Shown here piece after piece: positions 18,706 to 27,966 of a DNA stretch of 64,000 nucleotides (its first letter is position 1; each line of letters begins with the position of its first letter). The notes under the pieces are model-generated. The model was given only the letters and a program-made list of their open reading frames with translations, did not search any database and was not told the origin of the DNA. The stretch lies in assembly GCA_032654565.1 (NCBI GenBank), contig JAULAX010000018.1, positions 410,033 to 474,032 of the forward strand, in the 5' to 3' direction. Origin of the DNA: Anaeromyxobacteraceae bacterium (GTDB taxonomy: Bacteria > Myxococcota > Myxococcia > Myxococcales > Anaeromyxobacteraceae). The position numbers and the translations under genes were made by a program.

Positions 18706-19428
18706 TCATCCACCCAGGTACGCCGCCTGGACCCGCGGGTCCTCGACCAGCTCCCTCGCCGCACCCTGGAGGGCCAGGCGTCCATGCTCGAGGACGTAGG
18801 CATAACTACTCTCGGACAGGGCCAGCCGGGCGTTCTGTTCGACCAGCAGGATGGTCGTCCCCTCCCGGTGGATCTCCCGGATGGTCTCGAAGATCTGCTG
18901 CACCAGGATCGGCGACAGCCCCATGGAGGGCTCATCGAGCAACATGACTCTGGGACGGGCCAGCAGGGCCCGGGCGAACGCCAGCATCTGCTGCTGGCCG
19001 CCCGACAGCGACCCCGCCAGCTGCCGCCGCCGCTCCCCGAGGATGGGGAACCGCCGGTACTGGTCCTCGATGGCCGCCGCCAGCCCGCCCGCCGGCTGGC
19101 GCAGCTCACCCGCCAGCCGCAAGTTCTCCTCGATGGTCATCCGCCCCAGGATGGCGCGCCCCTCGGGCACCAGCGTCAGGCCCGCCGCCACCGTCCGGTG
19201 CGCCGGGAAGCCGGTCACGTCGACGCCGCCGAGCCGCACCCGCCCGGCCCGCGGCCGGACCAGCCCGGCCAGCGCCGACAGGATCGAGGTCTTGCCGGCC
19301 CCGTTCGGCCCGATCAGGGTGACGATCTCCCCCTCGCCGACCCGCAGCGACACGCCGCGCACCGCCTCGACCTGCCCGTAGGCGACGTGCAGGTCCTCCA
19401 CCTCCAGCAGCGGCGCCGCGGTGCTCAT
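18706..19428 (-). CDS. livF: Branched-chain amino acid ABC transporter, ATP-binding protein LivF
   Basis: Walker A GPNGAGKTS, signature LSGGQQQM, Walker B MLLDEPS. Ends ..DPRVQAAYLGG, as is typical of LivF. Confidence 0.9.
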   Translation of the reverse strand: MSTAAPLLEVEDLHVAYGQVEAVRGVSLRVGEGEIVTLIGPNGAGKTSILSALAGLVRPRAGRVRLGGVDVTGFPAHRTVAAGLTLVPEGRAILGRMTIEENLRLAGELRQPAGGLAAAIEDQYRRFPILGERRRQLAGSLSGGQQQMLAFARALLARPRVMLLDEPSMGLSPILVQQIFETIREIHREGTTILLVEQNARLALSESSYAYVLEHGRLALQGAARELVEDPRVQAAYLGG

Positions 19429-20189
19429 CGCGCGCTCCCCAGGTAGGCGGTGATCACCGCCGGGTCGGCCGCGACCGCCGCCGGGGTCCCCTCGGCGATC
19501 ACCTTGCCGAAGTTGAGCACGGTGATCCGGTCGCAGACGTCCATGACCAGCCGCACGTTGTGCTCGACCAGCAACACCGAGTGGCCCTCGGCGGCGACCT
19601 GCCGGATCAACTGCGCCACGCCCTGCACCTCGACCGGGTTCATGCCGGCGGTCGGCTCGTCGAGCAGCAGCAGCCGCGGCTCGCTGGCCAGGGCCCGGGC
19701 GATCTCCACCCGGCGCTGCTCACCGTAGGAGAGGTGGCGGGCCTCCTCGTCGACCCGCTCCGGCAGGCCGACCCGTCCCAGCAGGGCCGCGGCCCGGTCA
19801 CGGGCCTCCACGGCCTCGACCCGCGCGCTGCGCAGGAGCAGCAGGCGGGCCAGCAGCGAGGGGTTCCGGCGGCGGTGCTGCCCCACCAGGACGTTGTCCC
19901 GCGCCGTCAGCTCGGGGAAGAGCCGGATGTTCTGGAAGGTCCGGGCCACGCCCATCCCGGCGATCCGGTGCGGCGGGAGGCCGGCGATGGGCAGCCCCCC
20001 CAGTTCGATGGCGCCGGCGCTGGGGGCCAGCAGCCCGGAGACCAGGTTGATGAGCGTGGTCTTGCCGGCGCCGTTCGGCCCGATCAGCCCGTGGACCGTC
20101 CCGGCCGCCACCTCGAAGCTGGCGTCGTCGACGGCGCGCACCCCGCCGAAGGTCCGCTCCACGCCGCGCAGCGAGAGCAGCGCGCTCAC
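19425..20189 (-). CDS. livG: Branched-chain amino acid ABC transporter, ATP-binding protein LivG
   Basis: V(M)SALLSLRGVERTFGGVRAVDDASF..GPNGAGKTTLINLVSG..LSYGEQRRVEIARAL.. GTG start at 20187-20189 overlaps the livM stop (GTGA). The upstream part of the track ORF is out of context. Confidence 0.9.
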   Translation of the reverse strand: MSALLSLRGVERTFGGVRAVDDASFEVAAGTVHGLIGPNGAGKTTLINLVSGLLAPSAGAIELGGLPIAGLPPHRIAGMGVARTFQNIRLFPELTARDNVLVGQHRRRNPSLLARLLLLRSARVEAVEARDRAAALLGRVGLPERVDEEARHLSYGEQRRVEIARALASEPRLLLLDEPTAGMNPVEVQGVAQLIRQVAAEGHSVLLVEHNVRLVMDVCDRITVLNFGKVIAEGTPAAVAADPAVITAYLGSAR

Positions 20190-21106
20190 GTCGAGGTCCC
20201 CGCTCCGGCCCGGGCCATCCGCCTGGAGCGCCGCGCCGCGCGCCGCTCCCGGAGCTGGCGAGGCAGCGAGACCAGCCCGGCCGGCAGGAAGAGGATCACC
20301 AGCAGCAGCACCAGCCCGTTGACCAGCATGCGCAGCGGCCCCGGCTCGATGCCGACCAGCGGGGCCGCCTCGCGCAGCACCTCGGGCAGCACGGTGAGGA
20401 AGCCGGCGCCGACCACCGGGCCCCAGAAGATCTGGGCGCCGCCGACCACGGCGAAGACCAGCATGTCGACCACCCGCGAGAAGCCGAAGCCGTTGGGCGC
20501 CACCATGAAGGTGAAGTGGGCCTCCAGCCCGCCGGCCAGCCCGGCCAGCGCCGCGCCCAGCACCAGCATCGCCAGCTTGTACCCGGTGGTGTGGATCCCC
20601 ATGGTCCGGGCCGCCGGCTCGTCCTCGCGGATGGCCTCCAGGGCGAAGCCCCACTTCGACCCGCGCACCCGCCAGAGCACGAAGAGGGTCACCGCCACCG
20701 CCAGGTAGATCATCCAGATCGAGGCCTTCTGCGGGATGGCCACGATCCCCTGCGCCCCGTTGACGTACTCCCAGTTGACGAGGCCGAGCCGCACCACCTC
20801 GCCGAAGCCGATGGTGGCGATGGCCAGGAAGACCCCCTTGAGCCGGAGCACCGGCAGGCCGAGCGGCACCGCCACCAGCGCCGGCAGCAGGGCCGCCACC
20901 AGCAGCGCCACCGGGAGGGGCAGGTCGGCCTTCATGGTGGCCAGGGCGCTGGCGTAGGCGCCGATGGCGGCGAAGCCGGCGCTGCCCAGCGCCAGCTGGC
21001 CACAGGAGAGCGAGACGTAGATGGAGAGCCCCAGCAGCGCGTTGATGCCGATGTAGCCGAAGGTCGACTGGTAGGACAGGTAGAAGTCGGAGAGTTGTTC
21101 CAACAA
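20186..21106 (-). CDS. livM: Branched-chain amino acid ABC transporter permease LivM
   Basis: ..YIGINALLGLSIYVSLSCGQLALGSAGFAAIGAY.. Multi-TM permease. Confidence 0.88.
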   Translation of the reverse strand: MLEQLSDFYLSYQSTFGYIGINALLGLSIYVSLSCGQLALGSAGFAAIGAYASALATMKADLPLPVALLVAALLPALVAVPLGLPVLRLKGVFLAIATIGFGEVVRLGLVNWEYVNGAQGIVAIPQKASIWMIYLAVAVTLFVLWRVRGSKWGFALEAIREDEPAARTMGIHTTGYKLAMLVLGAALAGLAGGLEAHFTFMVAPNGFGFSRVVDMLVFAVVGGAQIFWGPVVGAGFLTVLPEVLREAAPLVGIEPGPLRMLVNGLVLLLVILFLPAGLVSLPRQLRERRAARRSRRMARAGAGTST

Positions 21107-21110
21107 GGGG

Positions 21111-21995
21111 TCAGGCCTCCCGGGTCACGGCGGCGCCCAGCAGGCCGCGCGGGCGCAGGACCAGGAAGAGGAAGAGCCCGGCGAAGGAGATGGCGTCGCG
21201 CCACGACCCGCCCAGGTTGGCCACCACGAAGACCTCGATGAGGCCGAGGGCGAAGCCGGCCAGCACCGCGCCCGGCATCGAGCCCATGCCGCCGAGGATG
21301 ATCACCGCCAGCCCCTTCAGCTCCACGCCGCGCCCCATGTCGGGCGAGATGGAGTTGAAGGCCAGCCCGTAGAGCACGCCGGCGGCGCCGCCCAGGGCGG
21401 AGGAGATGAAGAAGGAGGCGGCGATGGCCCGGTCGACGTCGACGCCCAGCACCCGCGCCGCTCGCGGGCTCTCGGCCACCGCCCGCACCTCGCGCCCCAG
21501 CCGCGTCCGCTTCACCAGCCAGGTGAGCGCCAGGAAGAGCAGCACCGCCACGGCGATGATGGTGAGCTGCAGCCGCGAGACCGTGCCCCCGAAGAGCCGC
21601 AGCTGGTTGGCCGGCCCGTCCGGCAGCGTGCCGAACGGGAAGCGGGTGATGTTGGGCCCCCAGATCTCCAGCGCCACCGCCTCGATGATGGTGGCGGCCG
21701 CCAGCGAGCTGATCAGGCCGGAGATGTTGGAGTCGGTCCGGGCCCGCAGCGGGCGGAAGGCCACCCGCTCCAGCACCAGCCCCAGCACCCCGGCGAAGAG
21801 GACCGCCGCCGGGAGCGCCAGCAGGATGTGGAGGCCATGCCCCACCAGCGCCACGGCCACGAAGGTGGCCGCCATGAAGACGGCGGCGTGGGCCAGGTTG
21901 AGGATGTCGAGGACGCCGAAGACGAGCGTGTAGCCGAGCGCGAACAGGGCGTAGATGCTCCCCAGGAACAGCCCGTTGATGACCTGCTGCCCCAC
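21111..21995 (-). CDS. livH: Branched-chain amino acid ABC transporter permease LivH
   Basis: MGQQVINGLFLGSIYALFALGYTLVFGVLDILNLAHAAVFM.. is the canonical LivH N-terminus. Confidence 0.9.
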   Translation of the reverse strand: MGQQVINGLFLGSIYALFALGYTLVFGVLDILNLAHAAVFMAATFVAVALVGHGLHILLALPAAVLFAGVLGLVLERVAFRPLRARTDSNISGLISSLAAATIIEAVALEIWGPNITRFPFGTLPDGPANQLRLFGGTVSRLQLTIIAVAVLLFLALTWLVKRTRLGREVRAVAESPRAARVLGVDVDRAIAASFFISSALGGAAGVLYGLAFNSISPDMGRGVELKGLAVIILGGMGSMPGAVLAGFALGLIEVFVVANLGGSWRDAISFAGLFLFLVLRPRGLLGAAVTREA

Positions 21996-22013
21996 GCTCG
22001 CCTCCGGTTCCGG

Positions 22014-23135
22014 CTACAGCACGATCTGGAACTTGCCGTCCTTGACCACCTGCAGGGCGGGGTCGTGGTTGCCGTCGCGGCTCTCCAGGAAGGAGAAGGT
22101 GCCGAGCGGCGTGGCCAGCCCCTTGAGCTTGAGGAAGCCGGCGCGGACGTCGTCGCGCCCGCCCTTGCCGCCGGAGAGCTTGATGGCCTCGGCGATCACG
22201 GCCACGCCGGTCCAGGCCTGGGCGCAGAACTGGTCGGGCTCGTGGCCGCGGGCCGCCATGGTCTTGAGGAAGGCCTGGTTGGGCGCCTCGGTGCTCACCT
22301 TGTTCCAGGCGGTGCCGACGTAGACCCCCTCGGCGGCCGGGCCGGCGTTGGCGATCAGCTTCGGGCTGTTGAAGCCGTTGCCGCCGAAGATGGGCCCCTG
22401 CCAGCCGAGCTGCCGGGCCTGGGCCACGATGCCGGAGGCGTTCTCGACCAGCGCGGAGACCACCAGGATCTCCGGCTTGGCGGCCAGCAGCGAGGTGAGC
22501 TGGGCGGTGTAGTCCTTGTCCGGCTTGGCGAAGGTCTGGGTGCCGACCACCTCGAGCTTCAGCGCCTCGACCGCGCCCTTCATGACGTTGTAGCCGGCCT
22601 GGGTGAAGGCGTCGTCGTTGCCGTAGATCATCCCGGCCTTCTTGAAGCCGAGCTTGGCCTGGAGCCGCTTGAGGGCGCCGGGGATGACCTGGCCCTCGGT
22701 CAGCGAGACCCGCCAGATGTAGTCGCCGATGTCGGTGATCCCCTTGGGCGCGGTGTTGGAGACGGCCACCACCGGGACCTTGGCCCCCTGGGCGAGCGGA
22801 TCGGCGGCGGTGGCGGTGTTGGAGAGGGTCGGGCCGATGATGGCCGAGACCTTGTGCTTGTTGATGAAGAGCTGGAAGACGGCGATGCCCTGCTCCTTGG
22901 TGGAGGCGTCGTCCTCGATTACGGCCTCCAGCTTGACGCCCTTGAGCGCGCCCGACTTGTTGATCTCCTCGACGGCGGCGAGGATGCCGGTCTTCTGCTG
23001 CGCGCCGTAGGCCGCCGCGGGGCCGGTGAGGCTGAGCGCGGCGCCGATCTTGACGACGGTCTCGGCACGGGCGGTGCCGGTGAGCAGGAGCGAGGCGGCG
23101 GCAAAGACGAGGGAAATCCGACCTGCGATGCGCAT
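22014..23135 (-). CDS. ABC transporter periplasmic amino-acid-binding protein (LivJ/K-like)
   Basis: Signal peptide MRIAGRISLVFAAASLLLTGTARA, then ETVVKIGAALSLTGPAAAYG. Start moved to ATG 23135, which has GGAGG upstream. Confidence 0.88.
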   Translation of the reverse strand: MRIAGRISLVFAAASLLLTGTARAETVVKIGAALSLTGPAAAYGAQQKTGILAAVEEINKSGALKGVKLEAVIEDDASTKEQGIAVFQLFINKHKVSAIIGPTLSNTATAADPLAQGAKVPVVAVSNTAPKGITDIGDYIWRVSLTEGQVIPGALKRLQAKLGFKKAGMIYGNDDAFTQAGYNVMKGAVEALKLEVVGTQTFAKPDKDYTAQLTSLLAAKPEILVVSALVENASGIVAQARQLGWQGPIFGGNGFNSPKLIANAGPAAEGVYVGTAWNKVSTEAPNQAFLKTMAARGHEPDQFCAQAWTGVAVIAEAIKLSGGKGGRDDVRAGFLKLKGLATPLGTFSFLESRDGNHDPALQVVKDGKFQIVL

Positions 23136-23251
23136 GAGAGATCCTCCAGGCAAATGGGGTGACGAACGGTTTTCGTACGCTGCGCGCCACTTCGCCGCAA
23201 GGGGCGTGTCGTGGCGCGGTGCGGCATGGGCGGTTCCGCGAAAGGCGGCCT

Positions 23252-23359
23252 GAACTACTCTGGGAGGGAGGGCTAGGACGGAGCGCCGAACTACTCCGGG
23301 ACGGGTGGCGAGAGGTTCGGCGTGAACTACTCTGGGTCAGGAATAAGCCCCGGAACTTC
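23252..23359 (+). repeat. 3 x 36-bp degenerate tandem repeat, each unit headed by GAACTACTCYGGG
   Basis: gaactactc occurs at 23252, 23288 and 23324 (exact 36-bp period). Lies upstream of the liv operon and downstream of the nitroreductase gene. Confidence 0.85.
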
Positions 23360-23380
23360 GCCAACCTGGCCCCTCAGCCG

Positions 23381-23950
23381 CTACCCCTGGAACCTTCCCT
23401 CGATGGCGATCGCCTCGAGCGGGAGCCGGTCGCTCGGCGCCTCGCGCCCGCGCAGCTTCTCCGGGAGCTCCTCGACGCGCCCCGGGTGGCCGACCGCGAT
23501 CATCACCTGCGGCTCCATCCCGGCCGGGAGCGCCGCTGCCGCCCGCGCCGCCTCCCGATCGAAGCCCCCCATGGCGTGGACCACCAGCCCGGAGAGCGTC
23601 CCCTGCAGCGCCAGCCCCATCCAGGCGGCGCCCGCATCGAACGGCGCCGAGGGGGCGGCCTTGCCGTCGTCGCGCACCACCCTGGCCGAGAGCAGCAGCA
23701 ACGCCCCGGCCCGCAGGCACCACTCCTGGTTGCCCGGCACCAACGCGGCCAGGTAGAGGTCGAAGTGCGGGGTGCCGGCGAGCGCGTAGGCGAAGCGCCA
23801 GGGCTGGCCGTTGCCGCCCGACGGCGCCCAGCGGGCCGCCTCGAGCAGGGGGAGGAGCTGGGCCCGGGTCAACGGCGCGCCCGACATGGCGCGCGGCGAC
23901 CAGCGGCGGAGGAAGAGCGGATCGATCGGCTGGGAGGAGGTCCGGGGCAT
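23381..23950 (-). CDS. Nitroreductase family protein
   Basis: ..RRWSPRAMSGAPL..LLEAARWAPSGGNGQPWRF..VHAMGGFD.. Confidence 0.85.
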   Translation of the reverse strand: MPRTSSQPIDPLFLRRWSPRAMSGAPLTRAQLLPLLEAARWAPSGGNGQPWRFAYALAGTPHFDLYLAALVPGNQEWCLRAGALLLLSARVVRDDGKAAPSAPFDAGAAWMGLALQGTLSGLVVHAMGGFDREAARAAAALPAGMEPQVMIAVGHPGRVEELPEKLRGREAPSDRLPLEAIAIEGRFQG

Positions 23951-24017
23951 CCACCCAATCTAGCCGGGCCGCGCCGCCCCGCAACCTGCGCGGCGGGCAG
24001 CCCGGCGTGGACCGGCG

Positions 24018-25107
24018 CTACTTCGCGGCGATCCAGCCGTCTGTGGTGAGCAGCTCGGCGGTCAGCACCGCGCCGCCGGCGGCGCCGCGCACGGTGTTGT
24101 GCGAGAGGGCCACGAAGCGCCAGTCGAAGAGGCTGTCCGGCCGGAGCCGGCCGATGGTGACCGCCATGCCGTTCCCGGCGTCGCGGTCGAGCCGGGTCTG
24201 CGGGCGGGAGTCGTCCTCGAAGTACTGCAGGAAGGGCTTCGGCGCGCTCGGCAGCGAGAGCTGCTGCGGCCGCCCGGCGAACTCCTTCCAGAGCTTCAGG
24301 ATCTCCTCCTTGCTGGCCTTCTTCTCGAACTGCACGAAGACCGCGGCCATGTGGCCGTCGGAGGCCGGCACCCGGATGCACTGGGCGCTGATGACCGGGG
24401 TGCGGGCGGCGACGATGCCGCTCCCCTCGATCCGCCCCCCAGATCTTCATGGGCTCCTTCTCCGACTTCTCCTCCTCCCCCTTGATGAAGGGGATGAGGT
24501 TGTCGACCATCTCCGGCCAGGTCTCGAAGGTCTTGCCGGCCCCGGAGATCGCCTGGTAGGTGCAGACGGCGATCTTCTGCGGCCCGAACTTCAGCAGCGG
24601 GTGGATGGCCGGGACGTAGCTCTGCAGCGAGCAGTTGGGCTTCACGGCGATGAAGCCGCGCTTCACGCCGAGTCGCTTGCGCTGCAGCTCGATCACCTGG
24701 GCGTGCTCGGGGTTGAGCTCGGGCACCATCATGGGCACGTCGGGGGTGGCCCGGTGCGCCGAGTTGTTGGAGATGACCGGCGTCTCGGCGCGGGCGTAGT
24801 CCTCCTCCAGCTTCGCCGTCTCCTCCTTCGACATGTCGACCGCGCAGAAGACGAAGTCGACCTCGGCGGCGATGGCCTTGACGTCGGAGGCGTTGCGCAC
24901 CGTGAGCGCGGCCGGCGCGGCGGGCATGGCGGTCTTGAGCGCCCAGCGCCCCTTGACGGCGTCGGCGTACCTCTGGCCCGCCGAGTTGGCGCTGGCGGCC
25001 AGCAGCGTGACCTCGTACCAGGGGTGATTCTCCAGCAGGGCCAGGAACCGCTGGCCCACCATCCCGGTCGCGCCCAGCACTCCCACCCGCAGCTTCTTCT
25101 GGTTCAT
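24018..25107 (-). pseudogene. asd: Aspartate-semialdehyde dehydrogenase (archaeal-type Asd), interrupted by a 1-nt frameshift in a G6 (C6 on +) run
   Basis: The N-terminal part, MNQKKLRVGVLGATGMVGQRF...AVKPNCSLQSY...EKEPMKIWG, is in one frame. The C-terminal part, (G)RIEGSGIVAARTPVISAQCIRVPASDGHMAAVFVQF...SHNTVRGAAGGAVL, is in another frame. The switch falls at homopolymer 24435-24440. Confidence 0.8.
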
Positions 25108-25272
25108 GACGCCCTGGCCTCCATGCCACCCGTTTCGAGGGGCGAGCACGATACCAGACCGCCCGACGGGGAGGCGAGCCGAAGCGCCGCGCCGCTCCTT
25201 CTTGCCGCACTCGCCAACCTGTCTACGCAGGCGGCGCTTGACGGCGTCGGGGAGGCCGCCTACCTGTAGCGG

Positions 25273-25785
25273 ATGCTGAGCCTGCTCGATGCGGCGCCCG
25301 ACTTCACGGCCGAGGGCGTGACCGGCCGCGGCGAGCCGGTGGCGCAGCGGCTCTCGGACCTGCGCGGCGGCTGGGTGGTGCTGTTCTTCTACCCCCGTGA
25401 CTTCAGCAGGATCTGCCCGACCGAGCTCCGCGAGCTGAGCAAGCGGACCGCCGAGCTGGAGGGGGCGGTGCTGGGGATCTCGATCGACGACGTCGCCACC
25501 CACCGGCGCTGGATCACCGAGGCCCTCGGCCCGGTGAGCTTCCCGCTGCTGGCCGATCCCGGGGGGGCCATCGCCCGCGCCTACGGGGCCTGGCTGGAGG
25601 CCGACGGCGTGGCTGGCCGCGCCACCTTCGTCATCGACCCGGCGGGCGTGATCCAGTACGCGGCCATCCACAGCCGGCGGGTGGGGCGGTCGATCTCGGA
25701 GCTGGTGCGGGTGCTGGAGGCGCTGCGGACCGGCGACGCCGTCCCCGCCGGCTGGCAGCCAGGCCAGCCGACGCTCGGCCGCTGA
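25273..25785 (+). CDS. Peroxiredoxin (AhpC/TSA family)
   Basis: ..APDFTAEGV...WVVLFFYPRDFSRICPTEL.. (peroxidatic Cys) ..ATFVIDPAGVIQY.. Confidence 0.88.
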   Translation: MLSLLDAAPDFTAEGVTGRGEPVAQRLSDLRGGWVVLFFYPRDFSRICPTELRELSKRTAELEGAVLGISIDDVATHRRWITEALGPVSFPLLADPGGAIARAYGAWLEADGVAGRATFVIDPAGVIQYAAIHSRRVGRSISELVRVLEALRTGDAVPAGWQPGQPTLGR

Positions 25786-25815
25786 GCCGGCCGGCGCTTC
25801 CCGGGGCGGTCCCGC

Positions 25816-26025
25816 CTACTTCCCGCCGAGCAGCGAGATGGGCGAGACGCCCAGCGCCTTGGCGACCTTCTCCAGCATGTCGAGCGGGGGCGAGCGCTGC
25901 CCGCGCTCCAGCATCGACACGTAGGAGACGGAGATCCCGACCTTGTCGGCCAGGACCTTCTGGGAGAGCTTCTTCTTGCTGCGGAGCTTGCGGACGTTAC
26001 CGGCGAAGCGAGTCACGAGGTCCAT
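25816..26025 (-). CDS. XRE-family helix-turn-helix transcriptional regulator (70 aa)
   Basis: MDLVTRFAGNVRKLRSKKKLSQKVLADKVGISVSYVSMLERGQRSPPLDMLEKVAKALGV.. Only the last 70 codons of track ORF 25816..27858 are credible. Confidence 0.8.
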   Translation of the reverse strand: MDLVTRFAGNVRKLRSKKKLSQKVLADKVGISVSYVSMLERGQRSPPLDMLEKVAKALGVSPISLLGGK

Positions 26026-26160
26026 GCACGCTAGGTAACGTTGGACCGCCCCGGAGGCAAACCCCTTTTCGGGGTCCATGGCAGAATTCGCCCCCGGGTG
26101 GATCTCCGGAGGGGCCGGTTGGTGGTAGGAACCCGGGCCGACCCCCCGCAGGAGCGCCGC

Positions 26161-27483
26161 ATGCCGAGCACCTCGCTGACCTTCGCCGACCGCGCCGCGC
26201 ACCGGGCCTGGCTGGCCACCCAGGCCCGCCTGCCGCGGGGCTTCCGCGCCGGCGCCACCGCCTTCGAGTTCACCCCCTTCGAGGTGGAGAAGCCGGCCCG
26301 CATGAAGCTGGCGCTGCTCACCGTCGAGCCGCCCACCGCCGCCTTCGCGGCGGTCTTCACCCGGAACGCCTTCCCCGGGGCGCCGGTGCTGGTGGGGCGC
26401 CGCCGGCTCGGCGAGCCGCGCCTCGGCGCGGTGCTGGTCAACAACAAGATCTCCAACGTCTGCGCGCCGGGCGGGGTCGAGGCCTCGGAGCGGCTCTGCG
26501 CCGAGGTGGCCCGGTCGCTGGGGCTCCAGCCCACCGAGGTGCTGCCCTCCTCCACCGGGGTGATCGGCTGGCGGCTGCCGGTGGAGGCCATGGTGGCGGC
26601 GCTCCCCGGGGCGGCGGCCGGCCTGCAGGGCGAGAGCATCCTCCCGGCGGCCGACGGCATCATGACCACCGACCTCTACCCCAAGGTGCGGCGCGTCGAC
26701 CTGCCGGGCGGCGCCTCCATCGTCGGCATCGCCAAGGGGGCGGGGATGATCGAGCCCAACCTGGCCACCATGCTCTGCTACCTGCTCACCGACGCCGACG
26801 TCGACCGGGCCACCCTGCGGGCGGCGCTGGCGGCGGCGGTGGACGCCAGCTTCAACGCCATCTCCATCGACTCCGACACCTCCACCAGCGACACGGTGGT
26901 GGCGCTGGCCTCGGGCCGGGCCGGTCCGGTGGCCCCGGCGGCCTTCCAGGCCGGCCTCACCCGGGTGTGCCGGGACCTGGCCGAGGACGTGGTCCGCAAC
27001 GGCGAGGGGGTGCGCCACGTCCTGCGGGTCACGGTGCGCGGGGCGCCCGACGCGGCGGCGGCGCGGCAGCTGGGGAAGGCGGTGGTCAACTCGCCGCTGC
27101 TCAAGACCGCGGTGGCCGGCAACGACCCCAACGTCGGGCGGCTGGTGGCGGCGCTCGGCAAGGAGGCCGGGGCCCGCGGCATCCCCCTCGATCCGGACCG
27201 GGCCCGCATCACCATGGGCGGCGAGGTGATCCTGGAGGGCGGCCTCTTCCGGCTCGACCGCGAGAAGGAGCGCCGGCTCACCGCCCACCTCCAGGCCGCC
27301 GAGCTCTACCCCCAGGCCCCGGCGGCCGACGGCATCACCTTCAAGCCGCCGGTCGACTTCCCGCCCCACGAGCGGGCGGTGGAGGTGGAGATCGGGCTGG
27401 GGCTGGGGACCGGCGAGGCCGAGGTGCTGGGCGCCGACCTGACCCACGAGTACGTCACCGAGAACGCCGACTACCGCAGCTGA
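26161..27483 (+). CDS. argJ: Bifunctional glutamate N-acetyltransferase/amino-acid acetyltransferase ArgJ
   Basis: ..GIAKGAGMIEPNLATMLCYLLTDA.. (autoprocessing ATML site). C-terminal ..DLTHEYVTENADYRS. Start moved to ATG 26161. Confidence 0.92.
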   Translation: MPSTSLTFADRAAHRAWLATQARLPRGFRAGATAFEFTPFEVEKPARMKLALLTVEPPTAAFAAVFTRNAFPGAPVLVGRRRLGEPRLGAVLVNNKISNVCAPGGVEASERLCAEVARSLGLQPTEVLPSSTGVIGWRLPVEAMVAALPGAAAGLQGESILPAADGIMTTDLYPKVRRVDLPGGASIVGIAKGAGMIEPNLATMLCYLLTDADVDRATLRAALAAAVDASFNAISIDSDTSTSDTVVALASGRAGPVAPAAFQAGLTRVCRDLAEDVVRNGEGVRHVLRVTVRGAPDAAAARQLGKAVVNSPLLKTAVAGNDPNVGRLVAALGKEAGARGIPLDPDRARITMGGEVILEGGLFRLDREKERRLTAHLQAAELYPQAPAADGITFKPPVDFPPHERAVEVEIGLGLGTGEAEVLGADLTHEYVTENADYRS

Positions 27484-27627
27484 CCCGCGGCGTGGTCCGG
27501 CCCCGCGGCGCCGGCCCGGCCGTCCGTTCGCCGGTTCGCGAGGCGGGCTTGCGCCCCGCGTCATGACAACCTCGGGCCATTCTGCTGGGATTCCACTCAC
27601 CGGGAGTCCTGCTTCACGGAGGTCATC

Positions 27628-27966
27628 GTGGCCTCGCCGTCCAGCCACCCCGAGCTGCCACCGCCTCACGACCTGGTCGTGGAGACCTTCGAGGCCGGCG
27701 GGCACGCCTTCGCCATCCTGGAGTGGCCGACGGGAGGACCGTCGCCGCGCCCGGCCATGACCCCGGCCGAGGAGGCGGTGCTGGAGCTGCTCCTGGCCGG
27801 CCTGTCCAACGCCGAGATCGCGCTGCGGCGGGGCCGGTCGGCCCGCACCGTGGCCCACCAGGTGGAGGCGATCTTCCGCCGGCTCGGCGTCGGCTCGCGC
27901 CCGGAGCTCTTCGCGCTCCTCTCCCGCTCCCGGTCGGGGCGGGCGCCGACGAGGGAGACGCCGTGA
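27628..27966 (+). CDS. Small LuxR-family HTH protein
   Basis: C-terminal ..TPAEEAVLELLLAGLSNAEIALRRGRSARTVAHQVEAIFRRLGV.. GTG start. Confidence 0.7.
   Translation: MASPSSHPELPPPHDLVVETFEAGGHAFAILEWPTGGPSPRPAMTPAEEAVLELLLAGLSNAEIALRRGRSARTVAHQVEAIFRRLGVGSRPELFALLSRSRSGRAPTRETP

Noticed and set aside
18795-18820. Copy of the AACTACTCTCGGAC motif inside the livF coding sequence
   Set aside because: It lies in frame within a well-conserved ABC ATPase (encoding ..LSESSYAYVLE..), lacks the flanking hairpin, and has a diverged head (taactactc). It is most likely a chance partial match, so I did not count it as a repeat-family member.
26026-26160. Arginine repressor operator or structured element between the XRE gene and argJ
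   Set aside because: Only a short ACCCC-ttttc-GGGGT stem is visible, and there is no recognisable ARG-box-like palindrome.
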